A stretch of 64,000 bases of DNA from Armatimonadota bacterium (GTDB taxonomy: Bacteria > Armatimonadota > UBA5829 > DTJY01), in the NCBI GenBank assembly GCA_023511795.1, contig JAIMAU010000006.1:13159-77158 (forward strand), written 5' to 3'. Below the pieces are notes generated by a model. It did no database searches, had not been told where the DNA came from, and worked only from the letters and a program-made list of their open reading frames with translations. Made by a program: the position numbers and the translations under genes. Positions 49,164 to 58,673 of the stretch are shown piece after piece (within the stretch, counting starts at the first letter, position 1; each line of letters opens with the position of its first letter).

Positions 49164-49964
49164 CTAAGACTTTAAACCTTTAAAGCTTTCTTCAAATAAT
49201 TCTATATCTTCTTTCAACATATCCGGCTTATGTTCATTGTAGATGCCAACGCAGACCATATCCTGTGGACGCATGACTCTCGCAGCAAAGCCAAATGCCT
49301 CTTTAGGATCGTTACGTCCAGCAGCAAGAATTTTGTAATGAATCGCCGGCTTCGAAAGTCTTCGTATGAGGTGCGCCATGGTTTCCCTATCCTCTTGCCA
49401 AAACCATTCTTGCGCACCGTGAACGTGTGCCGGATTTTCATCGCGACGCATCGAGTTGTAATATGAACACATGTAGTAATCCACATCCAATGCTTTTTCC
49501 GCCCACTCTATAACTCGAGGGTCGTGAGCCGCGATGCCAGCCAACAAACCAGCAGAGCGAATCATTTTAATCAGCTCAGGTATATGGCAAAGTTCCCCTT
49601 TTACAAACTGGTGGTCCATGTAACCACCATGAATGTGACAAGCTTTTGCGCCGCCTTCAATTGCTCGATTAATACACAGCTCGGGCGGACCCTCACTTGG
49701 GCAGGTCTGGGCGAACCACTGAATCTTACCACCCTCATCCCAGTGTTCTCTTAAGAAGCCAACCACCCGGAGGTCGGTTCGCGCTATGACGGTGTTTATA
49801 CCAAGCGACTCGGCTTCCCGTAACAAAGCCTTGATTCTCTCAAATGTAAACCAGCTCAGCATTCGCTGGTCCATTTCCATACTTTGATGGGAAAATCCGC
49901 TGATTGGATTCGTTCCCAGAATGAAACGGCTGACTTCCACACCTTTGATTGCAACTTTTTCCAC
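49164..49964 (-). CDS. hypothetical protein (possible TIM-barrel enzyme), first of the large sugar operon genes
   Basis: 266 aa ORF co-oriented and tightly spaced with aldolase. Confidence 0.5.
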   Translation of the reverse strand: MEKVAIKGVEVSRFILGTNPISGFSHQSMEMDQRMLSWFTFERIKALLREAESLGINTVIARTDLRVVGFLREHWDEGGKIQWFAQTCPSEGPPELCINRAIEGGAKACHIHGGYMDHQFVKGELCHIPELIKMIRSAGLLAGIAAHDPRVIEWAEKALDVDYYMCSYYNSMRRDENPAHVHGAQEWFWQEDRETMAHLIRRLSKPAIHYKILAAGRNDPKEAFGFAARVMRPQDMVCVGIYNEHKPDMLKEDIELFEESFKGLKS

Positions 49965-49997
49965 TCGCGCCTCCGGAGCTGCTTAGCAGACCAAAAA

Positions 49998-50492
49998 CTA
50001 AAATTTTGGCTCAAACACTGTGAGGATACCAACGCGTTTGATGCGGCCGACCATGCGCTTTCTAACCTCAGAATCGCACTCCACTAACGCGAAATAGTTC
50101 TCCGCCGCCCGCTCGACAGCTGAGATAAAATCTTCCAGGTTTATGTGTATTCGTCCAGACTTATCCTGCTTAAAGTGAAGTTGAGGATTCCCGTCGGTAT
50201 ACGCATAACGTCCGTCTTTTACAGTATAGCTATGGAGAAGTTTGCATCGAATCGCATCCCACAAGTCATTTGGGTCATACCGCTTATCGTCAAAAAAGCG
50301 AGCCACAAATTCGCGGAATAGGCTTGCATTGCTGTCATGGCCTGCGTATAGGCAAGTCAGATAATCTATTACGCACGCGGCGAGAATAAACGCACCCATC
50401 TTTGCCCCGCCAGCAGATGCCTTTCGTACATCGCCCAGGGCCATGTCAATAATTGCATGTCGAGCACGAGCCACTATTTCTTGTTCGTCCAT
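49998..50492 (-). CDS. hypothetical protein
   Basis: Start moved to ATG preceded by GGAGGGGGAGA SD (MDEQEIVARAR...), 165 aa; no motif recognised. Confidence 0.45.
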   Translation of the reverse strand: MDEQEIVARARHAIIDMALGDVRKASAGGAKMGAFILAACVIDYLTCLYAGHDSNASLFREFVARFFDDKRYDPNDLWDAIRCKLLHSYTVKDGRYAYTDGNPQLHFKQDKSGRIHINLEDFISAVERAAENYFALVECDSEVRKRMVGRIKRVGILTVFEPKF

Positions 50493-50656
50493 TCTCCCCC
50501 TCCCCTGCGAAAAACGACAACCTTCAGCCAAAAGTGAAGACATAGTTCGCCACTCCTTCGGTAGTCTCTTAGCCGCCATCCGGTGTATTTTTGGGGGGTT
50601 GCAATGAAAAATTTCGCTGACATGTAAATTCACTCCTGCTTGCCAACCCTGCTAAC

Positions 50657-50686
50657 TTGAAGAAAAGGCAAATCAGAAGATATACT
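50657..50686 (+). promoter_or_regulatory. candidate sigma70 promoter (TTGAAG-N18-TATACT) for nadE
   Basis: Hexamers 20 nt upstream of AGGAGA SD. Confidence 0.4.
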
Positions 50687-50704
50687 AAGTATAGGAGAAT
50701 CCAA

Positions 50705-52453
50705 ATGGCAAAATCGATTGACATACCTTTGAGAATAGCGCTTGCACAAGTTAACCTTACTGTTGGCGACCTTGACGGTAACTCTGCAAAAATTGCTGAG
50801 TACATCGCTCGTGCAAAGGAAGCCGGAGCGGATATCGTCGCCTTTCCTGAACTCTCAATCACAAGCTATCCGCCAGAAGATCTCCTTCTTAAAAATGGTT
50901 TTGTCCAACGAAACATTGATTGCCTTCACAAAATCACTGAAGTGTCAAAAGGAATCACGGCAATTATAGGCTTTGTGGATAAGATTAATAGCGATATATA
51001 CAATGCCGCTGCAATCATATCAGACGGCGAACTCGTGGGGGTGCATCATAAGTTTAACTTGCCAAATTATGGCGTTTTCGACGAGCATAGATACTTCCAA
51101 CGTGGCAAAGAAACAAAAGTCTTCAAGGCTGGCGAAGTAAGATTCGGAGTGGAAATTTGCGAAGACAGCTGGTACGCCGAGGGGCCACATAGACTTCAAG
51201 CACTCATAGGTAATGCGCATGTCATCATTGTAATAAATTCCTCGCCATTCCATGCAGGAAAATGGCGGCATCGCGAGGAGATGCTTGCCACGCGCGCAAT
51301 GGACAATTTATGCTTCTTTGCTTACGTCAACTTAGTAGGTGGGCAAGACGAGCTCGTATTTGATGGCCACTCATTGGTTGTCGGGCCGGATGGGAGGGTC
51401 ATCTGCCGTGGCCCAGCATTTGAAGAAGCGCTTGTTATAGTAGATTTGAATATCAATGAGGTCCTCCACCACCGCCTTTCGGACACTCGGTATAAAGAGC
51501 AAAAAGAGCGCCTCTGCCCAAAAGAAGCAGTGGTCGAGAAAGTGCAAATACCCCCATTCTTACAAAAGGCACCAAGGCACGAACTGCCGTCATGCCTACC
51601 AAATCCCCCAAGCCGATTAGAAGAAATATACAAAGCTCTTATCCTCGGCACCAGGGATTACGTTCACAAGAACGGTTTTGAAAAGGTAGTTCTCGGTTTG
51701 AGCGGGGGAATTGATTCCGCACTTACGGCAGTCATCGCAGTGGATTCACTTGGCAAGGACCGAGTAGTGGCAGTGGTTATGCCTTCGCAATATTCATCGG
51801 AGGAGACGCAAAGCGATGCGGTTAAACTTGCCGAAAGTCTAGGCATTCAGTATTACCGCATTCCAATCCAGCAAATCTTTGAAGCATACCTCTCCACACT
51901 CTCCAGCGCCTTTGTGGGAACACAGCCGGGAGTAGCAGAGGAAAATATCCAGGCCCGGATACGCGGAAACATCCTAATGGCTCTATCCAATAAGTTTGGC
52001 TGGCTAGTACTTACTACTGGCAACAAGAGCGAGATCGCGGTAGGATACACTACTCTCTATGGCGATATGGCAGGAGGATTTGGCGTACTTAAGGACGTTC
52101 CCAAGACACTTGTTTATGAGCTTGTGGATTATCGAAACAGCCTTGGAAAGGTAATTCCCGACAGCATCATAAAGCGTCCTCCCTCAGCAGAGCTGCGCCC
52201 TGGCCAGAAGGATGTTGACACACTGCCGCCATACGAGATCTTGGACCCCATCCTACACGCGTACGTTGAACAAGACAAAAGCATTGCAGAAATTGTAGCC
52301 ATGGGTTTTGATGAGCCAACTGTTAGGCGAGTTGCTCACATGGTTGATAGAAATGAATACAAGCGGCGGCAGGCGCCACCCGGCATTAAAATCACACCAA
52401 AAGCTTTTGGCAAGGACAGACGCCTTCCAATCACCAACAAATATAGAGAATAG
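50705..52453 (+). CDS. nadE: glutamine-dependent NAD+ synthetase
   Basis: Start at ATG 50705 (MAKSIDIPLRIALAQVN). N-terminal CN-hydrolase domain (AFPELSITSYPPED...EICED) and C-terminal NAD synthetase SGGIDS PP-loop. Confidence 0.9.
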   Translation: MAKSIDIPLRIALAQVNLTVGDLDGNSAKIAEYIARAKEAGADIVAFPELSITSYPPEDLLLKNGFVQRNIDCLHKITEVSKGITAIIGFVDKINSDIYNAAAIISDGELVGVHHKFNLPNYGVFDEHRYFQRGKETKVFKAGEVRFGVEICEDSWYAEGPHRLQALIGNAHVIIVINSSPFHAGKWRHREEMLATRAMDNLCFFAYVNLVGGQDELVFDGHSLVVGPDGRVICRGPAFEEALVIVDLNINEVLHHRLSDTRYKEQKERLCPKEAVVEKVQIPPFLQKAPRHELPSCLPNPPSRLEEIYKALILGTRDYVHKNGFEKVVLGLSGGIDSALTAVIAVDSLGKDRVVAVVMPSQYSSEETQSDAVKLAESLGIQYYRIPIQQIFEAYLSTLSSAFVGTQPGVAEENIQARIRGNILMALSNKFGWLVLTTGNKSEIAVGYTTLYGDMAGGFGVLKDVPKTLVYELVDYRNSLGKVIPDSIIKRPPSAELRPGQKDVDTLPPYEILDPILHAYVEQDKSIAEIVAMGFDEPTVRRVAHMVDRNEYKRRQAPPGIKITPKAFGKDRRLPITNKYRE

Positions 52454-52467
52454 GGGAAAGTTCGGGT

Positions 52468-53622
52468 ATGCCTCAAATCTTTGTCACAAGCACAGAATCG
52501 GATAATCCGTTTGCGATTGATATTGCTGTATACTGTAAGCAGACTATAGATATAGCCGACATTATTTCTCTAAAGACATTTGCGAACAGCGAATTTTGCC
52601 CGCGCTTTATCAGTGATGAGAACGACCTTCAGAATATTGGCAACAAGCTGTGCAACACGACTGTCATTATTGTTTCCACAGCCTCCAATAGTGTAAGCCG
52701 AAACGAACTCTCCTGGCGGACCCTACTAGTTGCAAGAGCAGCCAAAGATAATGGTGCTAAACAGGTCATTCTAATTGAGCCTGACCTTTTCTTCAGCGCT
52801 CAAGATCGAGGACCTAGACCCGAACACGGAGAGGTGGATTTTAAGCGCGACATATGGGACTATAAGAAATTTGACGGCCAACCTTTCAGTAGCAAGCTTT
52901 ACGCGGAGTCGCTGGCGCTCGCAGGAGTTGATGCTGTAATTACCGTACACAATCACTCAGCTTCCGTGCAAAGGCTTTTTAATCGAATCATGAATGGACG
53001 TTTCCTAAACCTATCTCCCGCCGAGGTTTTCGCAGACTATATCCGCAGGTCCGATGTAACACCAAGCCTGCATTCTGGTGATGGCGTGCTAATATGTGCG
53101 CCAGATAAAGGAGCAAGGGGCTTTGCCGTTGAGGTACAAAATAAGTTGGGTATGCCCTCTGCAGGATTGCTCTATATTGCTAAGGAGCGAACAGGCGAAC
53201 GGCATATATCAAGCTTTATTGACCCATCATCACCATGTCCTTTGGAAGCCATCCAGGGGAAGGACGTCGTAGTATTTGACGATATGGTGCGCACTGGCGG
53301 AACAATTAAAGAATGCTGTCGTCTACTGAAAGAAGCTGGCGCAGGCAGGGTTGTCTTCTTCGTTACCCACTTTTACTCTTCCCCAGAGGTACGCGAGAAT
53401 CTCAACAGCCCCGACCTCGACGAGATTATCACTACCAACACCCTGCCCTCAATCTTGAATCGAGACATGCAGGGACGACTGCGACGTAAGCTCACGGTCC
53501 TAAAGATAGAGAAGTGGATATCCCACCACATCTTAAGTTATTTGGGCTTTCCCACCGACCACCTTACTGGCCAATTGTATTCAGTAGATATGTCCTCTAA
53601 AAATCCACGTTGGTCACCATAA
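52468..53622 (+). CDS. divergent ribose-phosphate pyrophosphokinase-like (Prs-family/PRTase) protein
   Basis: 384 aa; N-domain Prs-like (SAQDRG vs YARQDRK), PRPP-binding loop VVVFDDMVRTGGT; longer and divergent from the canonical prs at 19003-19953. Confidence 0.65.
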   Translation: MPQIFVTSTESDNPFAIDIAVYCKQTIDIADIISLKTFANSEFCPRFISDENDLQNIGNKLCNTTVIIVSTASNSVSRNELSWRTLLVARAAKDNGAKQVILIEPDLFFSAQDRGPRPEHGEVDFKRDIWDYKKFDGQPFSSKLYAESLALAGVDAVITVHNHSASVQRLFNRIMNGRFLNLSPAEVFADYIRRSDVTPSLHSGDGVLICAPDKGARGFAVEVQNKLGMPSAGLLYIAKERTGERHISSFIDPSSPCPLEAIQGKDVVVFDDMVRTGGTIKECCRLLKEAGAGRVVFFVTHFYSSPEVRENLNSPDLDEIITTNTLPSILNRDMQGRLRRKLTVLKIEKWISHHILSYLGFPTDHLTGQLYSVDMSSKNPRWSP

Positions 53623-53873
53623 TGGACTAAACGAAAATTCGCATTTATTAAGGACCGCAACCCCAACATATTAAAACACAAACAATAAATAAGTAACCGC
53701 TCGCGGCCGGGGTGGTCGAGTATCACCAAAATTTTCGCATACTTCCAATAACTCTTTCACAGATGTGAAATCCAAACTACCAAGCAACCAAATATTGAGG
53801 GAACTAGCTTAAGTTGGGTATTATTTACAAATGCGGGATAAATTTTGGTTATAAAATTAGGAGGAATGCGAGC

Positions 53874-54389
53874 ATGGAAGAGGTGTTTAAAAAAACCTCA
53901 GTGGAAACTATCACCCTAAACCCCTTCGAGATAGTGTTAAAAGATTGGATGTTGGTTACAGCCGGGCCGCCGGAAGATTACAACACAATGACAGCAGGGT
54001 GGGGCGGCATGGGTGCGCTATGGGGTAAGCCCATATGCTTTTGCGTAATCCGCCCAACCCGGCACACATACAAGTTTCTGGAGAAAAATGAGAACTTCAC
54101 CCTTTGTTTCTTCTCAGAAGAATATAAGGAGGCGCTTCAATTTTGCGGCAGTAAATCGGGCCGTGATGTGCCAGATAAAGCAAGACAGGCAGGGTTGACC
54201 CCGATGCCTGGCATGCTACCAATGACAAGTGTCTTTAAGGAGGCAAGATTGGTTTTTGAATGTCGAAAAATATATATTCAAGATATAGACCCGAAAAACT
54301 TCCTTGACCCAAATATTGAACAATGGTACCCACAGAAAGACTATCACCGACTGTATGTAGGTGAGGTGATAAATTGCTGGACAAAATAA
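53874..54389 (+). CDS. flavin reductase-like (FMN-binding split barrel) protein
   Basis: Start at ATG after AGGAGG; 171 aa; composition and length fit flavoredoxin/flavin reductase fold. Confidence 0.6.
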   Translation: MEEVFKKTSVETITLNPFEIVLKDWMLVTAGPPEDYNTMTAGWGGMGALWGKPICFCVIRPTRHTYKFLEKNENFTLCFFSEEYKEALQFCGSKSGRDVPDKARQAGLTPMPGMLPMTSVFKEARLVFECRKIYIQDIDPKNFLDPNIEQWYPQKDYHRLYVGEVINCWTK

Positions 54390-54479
54390 ATACACTATAA
54401 GTTTTAATATGACATCGTTATTTGTCTTAAGTGAATACTACCAACCGATTGCTAAATAAATTTCTTATCATGCTTCTTG

Positions 54480-54506
54480 GTTTAATTGCTGCCGTTTGCT
54501 GGGTAG
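54480..54506 (+). promoter_or_regulatory. sigmaB-type (general stress) promoter-like element GTTTAA-N15-GGGTAG upstream of STAS-kinase operon
   Basis: Matches Bacillus sigmaB consensus GTTTAA-N12-15-GGGTAT; about 80 nt upstream of STAS gene ATG. Confidence 0.4.
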
Positions 54507-54585
54507 GTTAAATAAGACAATCTTAAAAGGTTAATAGTATAACTAGCCACAATATTCCATAGAGAAAGGCCATGGAGGGCAATAT

Positions 54586-54945
54586 ATGGATATAGAAATC
54601 ACACACAATTCTTGCACTGCTGTTAAGGTACATGGCGAAATCGACATCGGCAATGTAGATGAATTTAGTGCAATGCTTGAAAAAGCAGCCAAGGATGCCC
54701 AAAACGGCTGTTTAGTGGTGGATTTATCGTCGGCAACATATATAGACGGCGCAGGAATCAAGGAGATTCTGCGTATTTATCATAGGCTGATTTCATTAGG
54801 AGGTGCCATTGCAGTAGTACCAAGCAAAATGGCACAAAGGATTCTTGAAATTCTCAGGGCTCATGAGCTTCCTGGCTTTAAAATCTGCGATGATTTTCAG
54901 ATGGCTATAAAAGCGCTTTTAAGCTATACAGGTAATTTACAATGA
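54586..54945 (+). CDS. STAS-domain anti-sigma factor antagonist (SpoIIAA/RsbV-like)
   Basis: 119 aa; ...VVDLSSATYIDGAGIKEIL... conserved phosphorylatable Ser region; GGAGGG SD. Confidence 0.8.
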   Translation: MDIEITHNSCTAVKVHGEIDIGNVDEFSAMLEKAAKDAQNGCLVVDLSSATYIDGAGIKEILRIYHRLISLGGAIAVVPSKMAQRILEILRAHELPGFKICDDFQMAIKALLSYTGNLQ

Positions 54946-56375
54946 ACTATCAAGTTTCATACGAACCGCAATCAGAAGTTCCTAGAAAAACACAGAATGC
55001 TGAAATGACCCGTTATCCGATATGGTTAGGCTACTTTGCAACAATTGCTCTAGAAGCAATTTTAACTCTGATATTAAGTTTGTTGCCTCCAAGCTTTCCT
55101 TTGTATGAGTTTCCTATTCCCTATGTTTTGCTAACCATGCTGGTTGCTATTCTCTTCGGGGAAGGGCCAGCAATACTAGCATTTGTGCTTGGTTTCTTCA
55201 CCTTCGACTACTTTTTCATACCACCTCTCTACACAATATTTCCGCAGGCGGAAACCCAGCAAGGTTGGACTGCTCTTATAGCATATCTTATAGGTTCATC
55301 AATAGTCGGATTTGCTACGATAATGATGCGGAAAGCGCGCCAGCGAATCCAACAAATAGCAGACCAGCTCAGAGAAATACAAAAGGATCTCAACCGGGCC
55401 CAAGCCGTCGCTCATACCGGGAGCTGGAGGTTAGACGTTCAACAAAATGTGCTAATTTGGTCTGACGAAGTATATCGAATATTTGGAATACCACGAGGAA
55501 CACCTATGACATATGAGAAATTCCTGGAATGCGTCCATCCGGAGGATAGAGAATACGTTGATCAAAAATGGAAATCAGCCCTTCAAGGCGAGCCTTATGA
55601 CATCGAACATCGAATCATAGTGGATGGCAAAATTAAATGGGTTCGGGAACGCGCAGAGTTAGAGTTTGACGAACAAGGAAGGCCGCGTGGCGGGTTTGGA
55701 ACGGTGCAAGACATTACCGACCTAAAGCAAGCTGAAGAAGCCATTCGTGAAAGCGAGGAGCATAAGATTGAGTTCTACCGCCGCACAATTATGGCCGCTA
55801 CAGAAGGAAAACTAATAATTACAGAACATTCGGAAATAGAAAAGATTGCTGGGCCGCCTTTGGCTACTTGGGAAATAAAGACTCCTGAGGATCTCAGAAC
55901 CGTGAGGCATGGCGCAGAAGAGATGGCAAGGTCTTTGGGAATGGACGAAGAAAAAATCAGCAAGTTTGTTGTAAGCATTGGAGAAGCAGCAACAAATGCA
56001 TTGAAACACTCGGGTGGGGGTACCGCTACCCTCCATCGAACGCAAAACGGCTTAATGGTCGTTATATCAGACAAAGGACCTGGAATCGCCGCCCTTTCAC
56101 TGCCCGACATAGCACTAACAAAAGGCTACTCCACGGCTGGCACGCTGGGCATGGGGTATAAGGTGATGATTTCGTTCAGCGACAGAGTTTATTTGGCAAC
56201 TGGGCCCGAAGGCACTACGGTAGGTATAGAGATGAACCTATCAGACATTGAAACATCCGAGGTGCAAAGTGCTATAGGAGCGGCTGGTTTAAAGTGTGAA
56301 GCCAGCAGTGGAAGCGAAACAAAGCCGCAAACTCTATTTTCAATGGCTCCCTTTTTTAATAGCATAGTGACATAA
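54942..56375 (+). CDS. membrane sensor: 4-TM (KdpD/DUF4118-like) + PAS + RsbW/SpoIIAB-like GHKL serine kinase
   Basis: 477 aa; overlaps STAS gene by ATGA; PAS (GSWRLDVQQNVLIWSDEVYRIFG...HPEDRE); C-terminus EAATNALKHSGGG...VISDKGPGI HATPase_c. Confidence 0.75.
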   Translation: MNYQVSYEPQSEVPRKTQNAEMTRYPIWLGYFATIALEAILTLILSLLPPSFPLYEFPIPYVLLTMLVAILFGEGPAILAFVLGFFTFDYFFIPPLYTIFPQAETQQGWTALIAYLIGSSIVGFATIMMRKARQRIQQIADQLREIQKDLNRAQAVAHTGSWRLDVQQNVLIWSDEVYRIFGIPRGTPMTYEKFLECVHPEDREYVDQKWKSALQGEPYDIEHRIIVDGKIKWVRERAELEFDEQGRPRGGFGTVQDITDLKQAEEAIRESEEHKIEFYRRTIMAATEGKLIITEHSEIEKIAGPPLATWEIKTPEDLRTVRHGAEEMARSLGMDEEKISKFVVSIGEAATNALKHSGGGTATLHRTQNGLMVVISDKGPGIAALSLPDIALTKGYSTAGTLGMGYKVMISFSDRVYLATGPEGTTVGIEMNLSDIETSEVQSAIGAAGLKCEASSGSETKPQTLFSMAPFFNSIVT

Positions 56376-56385
56376 TAAGCCTTTT

Positions 56386-57513
56386 ATGCAACTCTCACCA
56401 CGTGAAAGAATTCTACATGTTTACAAGGGCAAGATACCTGATGCGGTACCCTTCATGCTTGACCTATCGCATTGGTTCTACCACAAAACCAGAGCGCCAT
56501 GGGACCTTAGCTCCAGCTACCAGGAGCCTGAGAAAGCGTTAATTGACTATCATAAGCGCATGGGCGTTGGTTTTTACATGCCAAATCTGGCAGCTTTCTT
56601 CTCAATAGAGCATACAGACGGCGTCAATCTGGAAATTAATAAGGAATTCCAGGCTGGCAAATGCGAAATTGTGTGGCGTTATAATACACCCATTGGAAGC
56701 ATTGAGAGAAGACGCATTTGGAATTCCAATACGTATTCCTGGTCGGTCAGTCGCTGGGGATTTGAGTCAGCGAATGATATACGGGTGCTTGAATATGCAC
56801 TAACATCCCGCAGATATGTGCCGCAGTGGGACAATTACAAAGCATGGGCAGACTATGTTGGCGATATAGGAGTTGTCTATATTCCGGCAGGGTACAGCGC
56901 AGTCGGACAACTCCTTCACTATTGGATGGGAATCGAGCGATTTGTGTACGCCGCCCATGATTACCCCAATACAATGCGCGAGGTCGTTAAAAAAATCAAC
57001 GCCAATAATCTTGAATGCATAGACATGCTCTGCTCATCCCCAGCTGAGGTTATAATAATGGGCGATAATTTTTCAAGCGATGTCCAGCCGCCACATTTCT
57101 TCAAAGAATGGTCACAAAACTACTACTTTGAAGCCATCAGCCGCCTTCATTCTGCTGGGAAATTCGTTGCAATACATATAGACGGGCGATTGAAGGGTGC
57201 ACTGGCGATGATTCGTGCGACAGGCGCCGATTGTGCTGATGCGGTAACACCCACACCCATGGGCGACCTAACGCCAGATGAATGCCGGTCAGAGGCAGGC
57301 CCGGAGCTTATTCTTTCTGGCGGCGTTTCGCCGGAACTCTGGCTACCCAACACAAACATCGAAGACTTTAGGTATGCTGTAATGCGATGGCTGGACCTCC
57401 GGAAGCAAAGCCCTCGGTTAATCGCTAATGCCGGCGACCAAGTTCCCCCAGGAGCAGAAGAAAGCCGGATTGCTCTGATGCGCGATTTGGTTGAGAAGTA
57501 CGGCAAATACTAG
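56386..57513 (+). CDS. URO-D/MtaA-like family protein, paralogue 2
   Basis: 375 aa; same family features as 35597-36697 and 57521-58615. Confidence 0.7.
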   Translation: MQLSPRERILHVYKGKIPDAVPFMLDLSHWFYHKTRAPWDLSSSYQEPEKALIDYHKRMGVGFYMPNLAAFFSIEHTDGVNLEINKEFQAGKCEIVWRYNTPIGSIERRRIWNSNTYSWSVSRWGFESANDIRVLEYALTSRRYVPQWDNYKAWADYVGDIGVVYIPAGYSAVGQLLHYWMGIERFVYAAHDYPNTMREVVKKINANNLECIDMLCSSPAEVIIMGDNFSSDVQPPHFFKEWSQNYYFEAISRLHSAGKFVAIHIDGRLKGALAMIRATGADCADAVTPTPMGDLTPDECRSEAGPELILSGGVSPELWLPNTNIEDFRYAVMRWLDLRKQSPRLIANAGDQVPPGAEESRIALMRDLVEKYGKY

Positions 57514-57520
57514 CGCTTTG

Positions 57521-58615
57521 CTACCACAATTCTTTCAAGAGTTCAATCATGTACTTGAAATTCTCAAACTTGGCGTTTGGGGGAACAGCATGGTCGACGG
57601 CAGGAATCCAGCCAAGACGCGCATAAAGCTTAGTTGCCTTTGGAACTACCTCTGCCTCAACATCAGCCCTTTCGCCAATTAGACAACGTTTATCCAAACC
57701 ACCAATGAAAAGGAACTGTGGATATCTCTCAGCATACTCAACAATGTCTTGCTCGGCAGCTATCTCAACAGGGCTTGTGCCGTCTACCCCAGCTTCGATC
57801 CAAAAAGGAATCAATTCGCTTATGTGCCCGTCGCTGTCAACGAACACTTTGTCTGCACAGATACTCTTCGCTTCTTGCACAAGCTCTCGATATCGTGGCA
57901 AGAATTTATCTCGAAGGATAACAGGTGAAACCATGCATGCAGTTTTATATGCCATATCTTCATTAATCATAAGATTATCCACGTGTGCATCGGCAAGATG
58001 CTTGCGCAGTAACCGCACATTGAAATCGAGCACGAAATCAAGCATCTCATCCACGAGCTCTGGCAAGTCATAAAACGCCATCGAAAGACCTTCGAAGCCC
58101 ATCCACTGTCGTAGTGTCCAATAGAAGCCTTGTATGGTAAACATCACGGGACGCTCAGCAGTATGGGAGCGCCGAACGGCCTCATCGAAGCATTGTCCAC
58201 GGCGCCTAGGGTCCTCAGGATCATAGCGCTCCTTCATCCTCAGGAAATCATCTCTGTTTTCGACAGGAAACTTAAGCCATTTCCGAGTGACAAAGCCACT
58301 ACCCTGGGCATCTCTGCGTTCGGTGCGGAGGGCACCTTCCTCATCATAGTAGGTAACTTGACCATCTTTTTCTTCGACAATTATCAACTCGAATTTTGGG
58401 CAATGTGATGTGTTGAGAGGAATGCCTTCGAACCAATCATATCCAAGAAATTCGGCGGTGCTAATGCCCTCGGGATGCCCCTGCTTTATCCACTCGTCCA
58501 TAGTTCCCTTTCGCGTAGGAAAGGTCCAGATGAATGGTCTGTCGGGCCGCTGAAAATCCATTATAGCGCGATATCGTTCTCTCGGCGTTGTAGAATGAAC
58601 GCTATTCACAGACAT
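57521..58615 (-). CDS. URO-D/MtaA-like family protein, paralogue 3
   Basis: 364 aa; convergent with paralogue 2, 7-nt gap. Confidence 0.7.
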   Translation of the reverse strand: MSVNSVHSTTPRERYRAIMDFQRPDRPFIWTFPTRKGTMDEWIKQGHPEGISTAEFLGYDWFEGIPLNTSHCPKFELIIVEEKDGQVTYYDEEGALRTERRDAQGSGFVTRKWLKFPVENRDDFLRMKERYDPEDPRRRGQCFDEAVRRSHTAERPVMFTIQGFYWTLRQWMGFEGLSMAFYDLPELVDEMLDFVLDFNVRLLRKHLADAHVDNLMINEDMAYKTACMVSPVILRDKFLPRYRELVQEAKSICADKVFVDSDGHISELIPFWIEAGVDGTSPVEIAAEQDIVEYAERYPQFLFIGGLDKRCLIGERADVEAEVVPKATKLYARLGWIPAVDHAVPPNAKFENFKYMIELLKELW

Positions 58616-58673
58616 TGCCGCTTAGTTACCTTATTCCAGAAAGATCAAACAACACAGTCAACGTGTCCCTACC

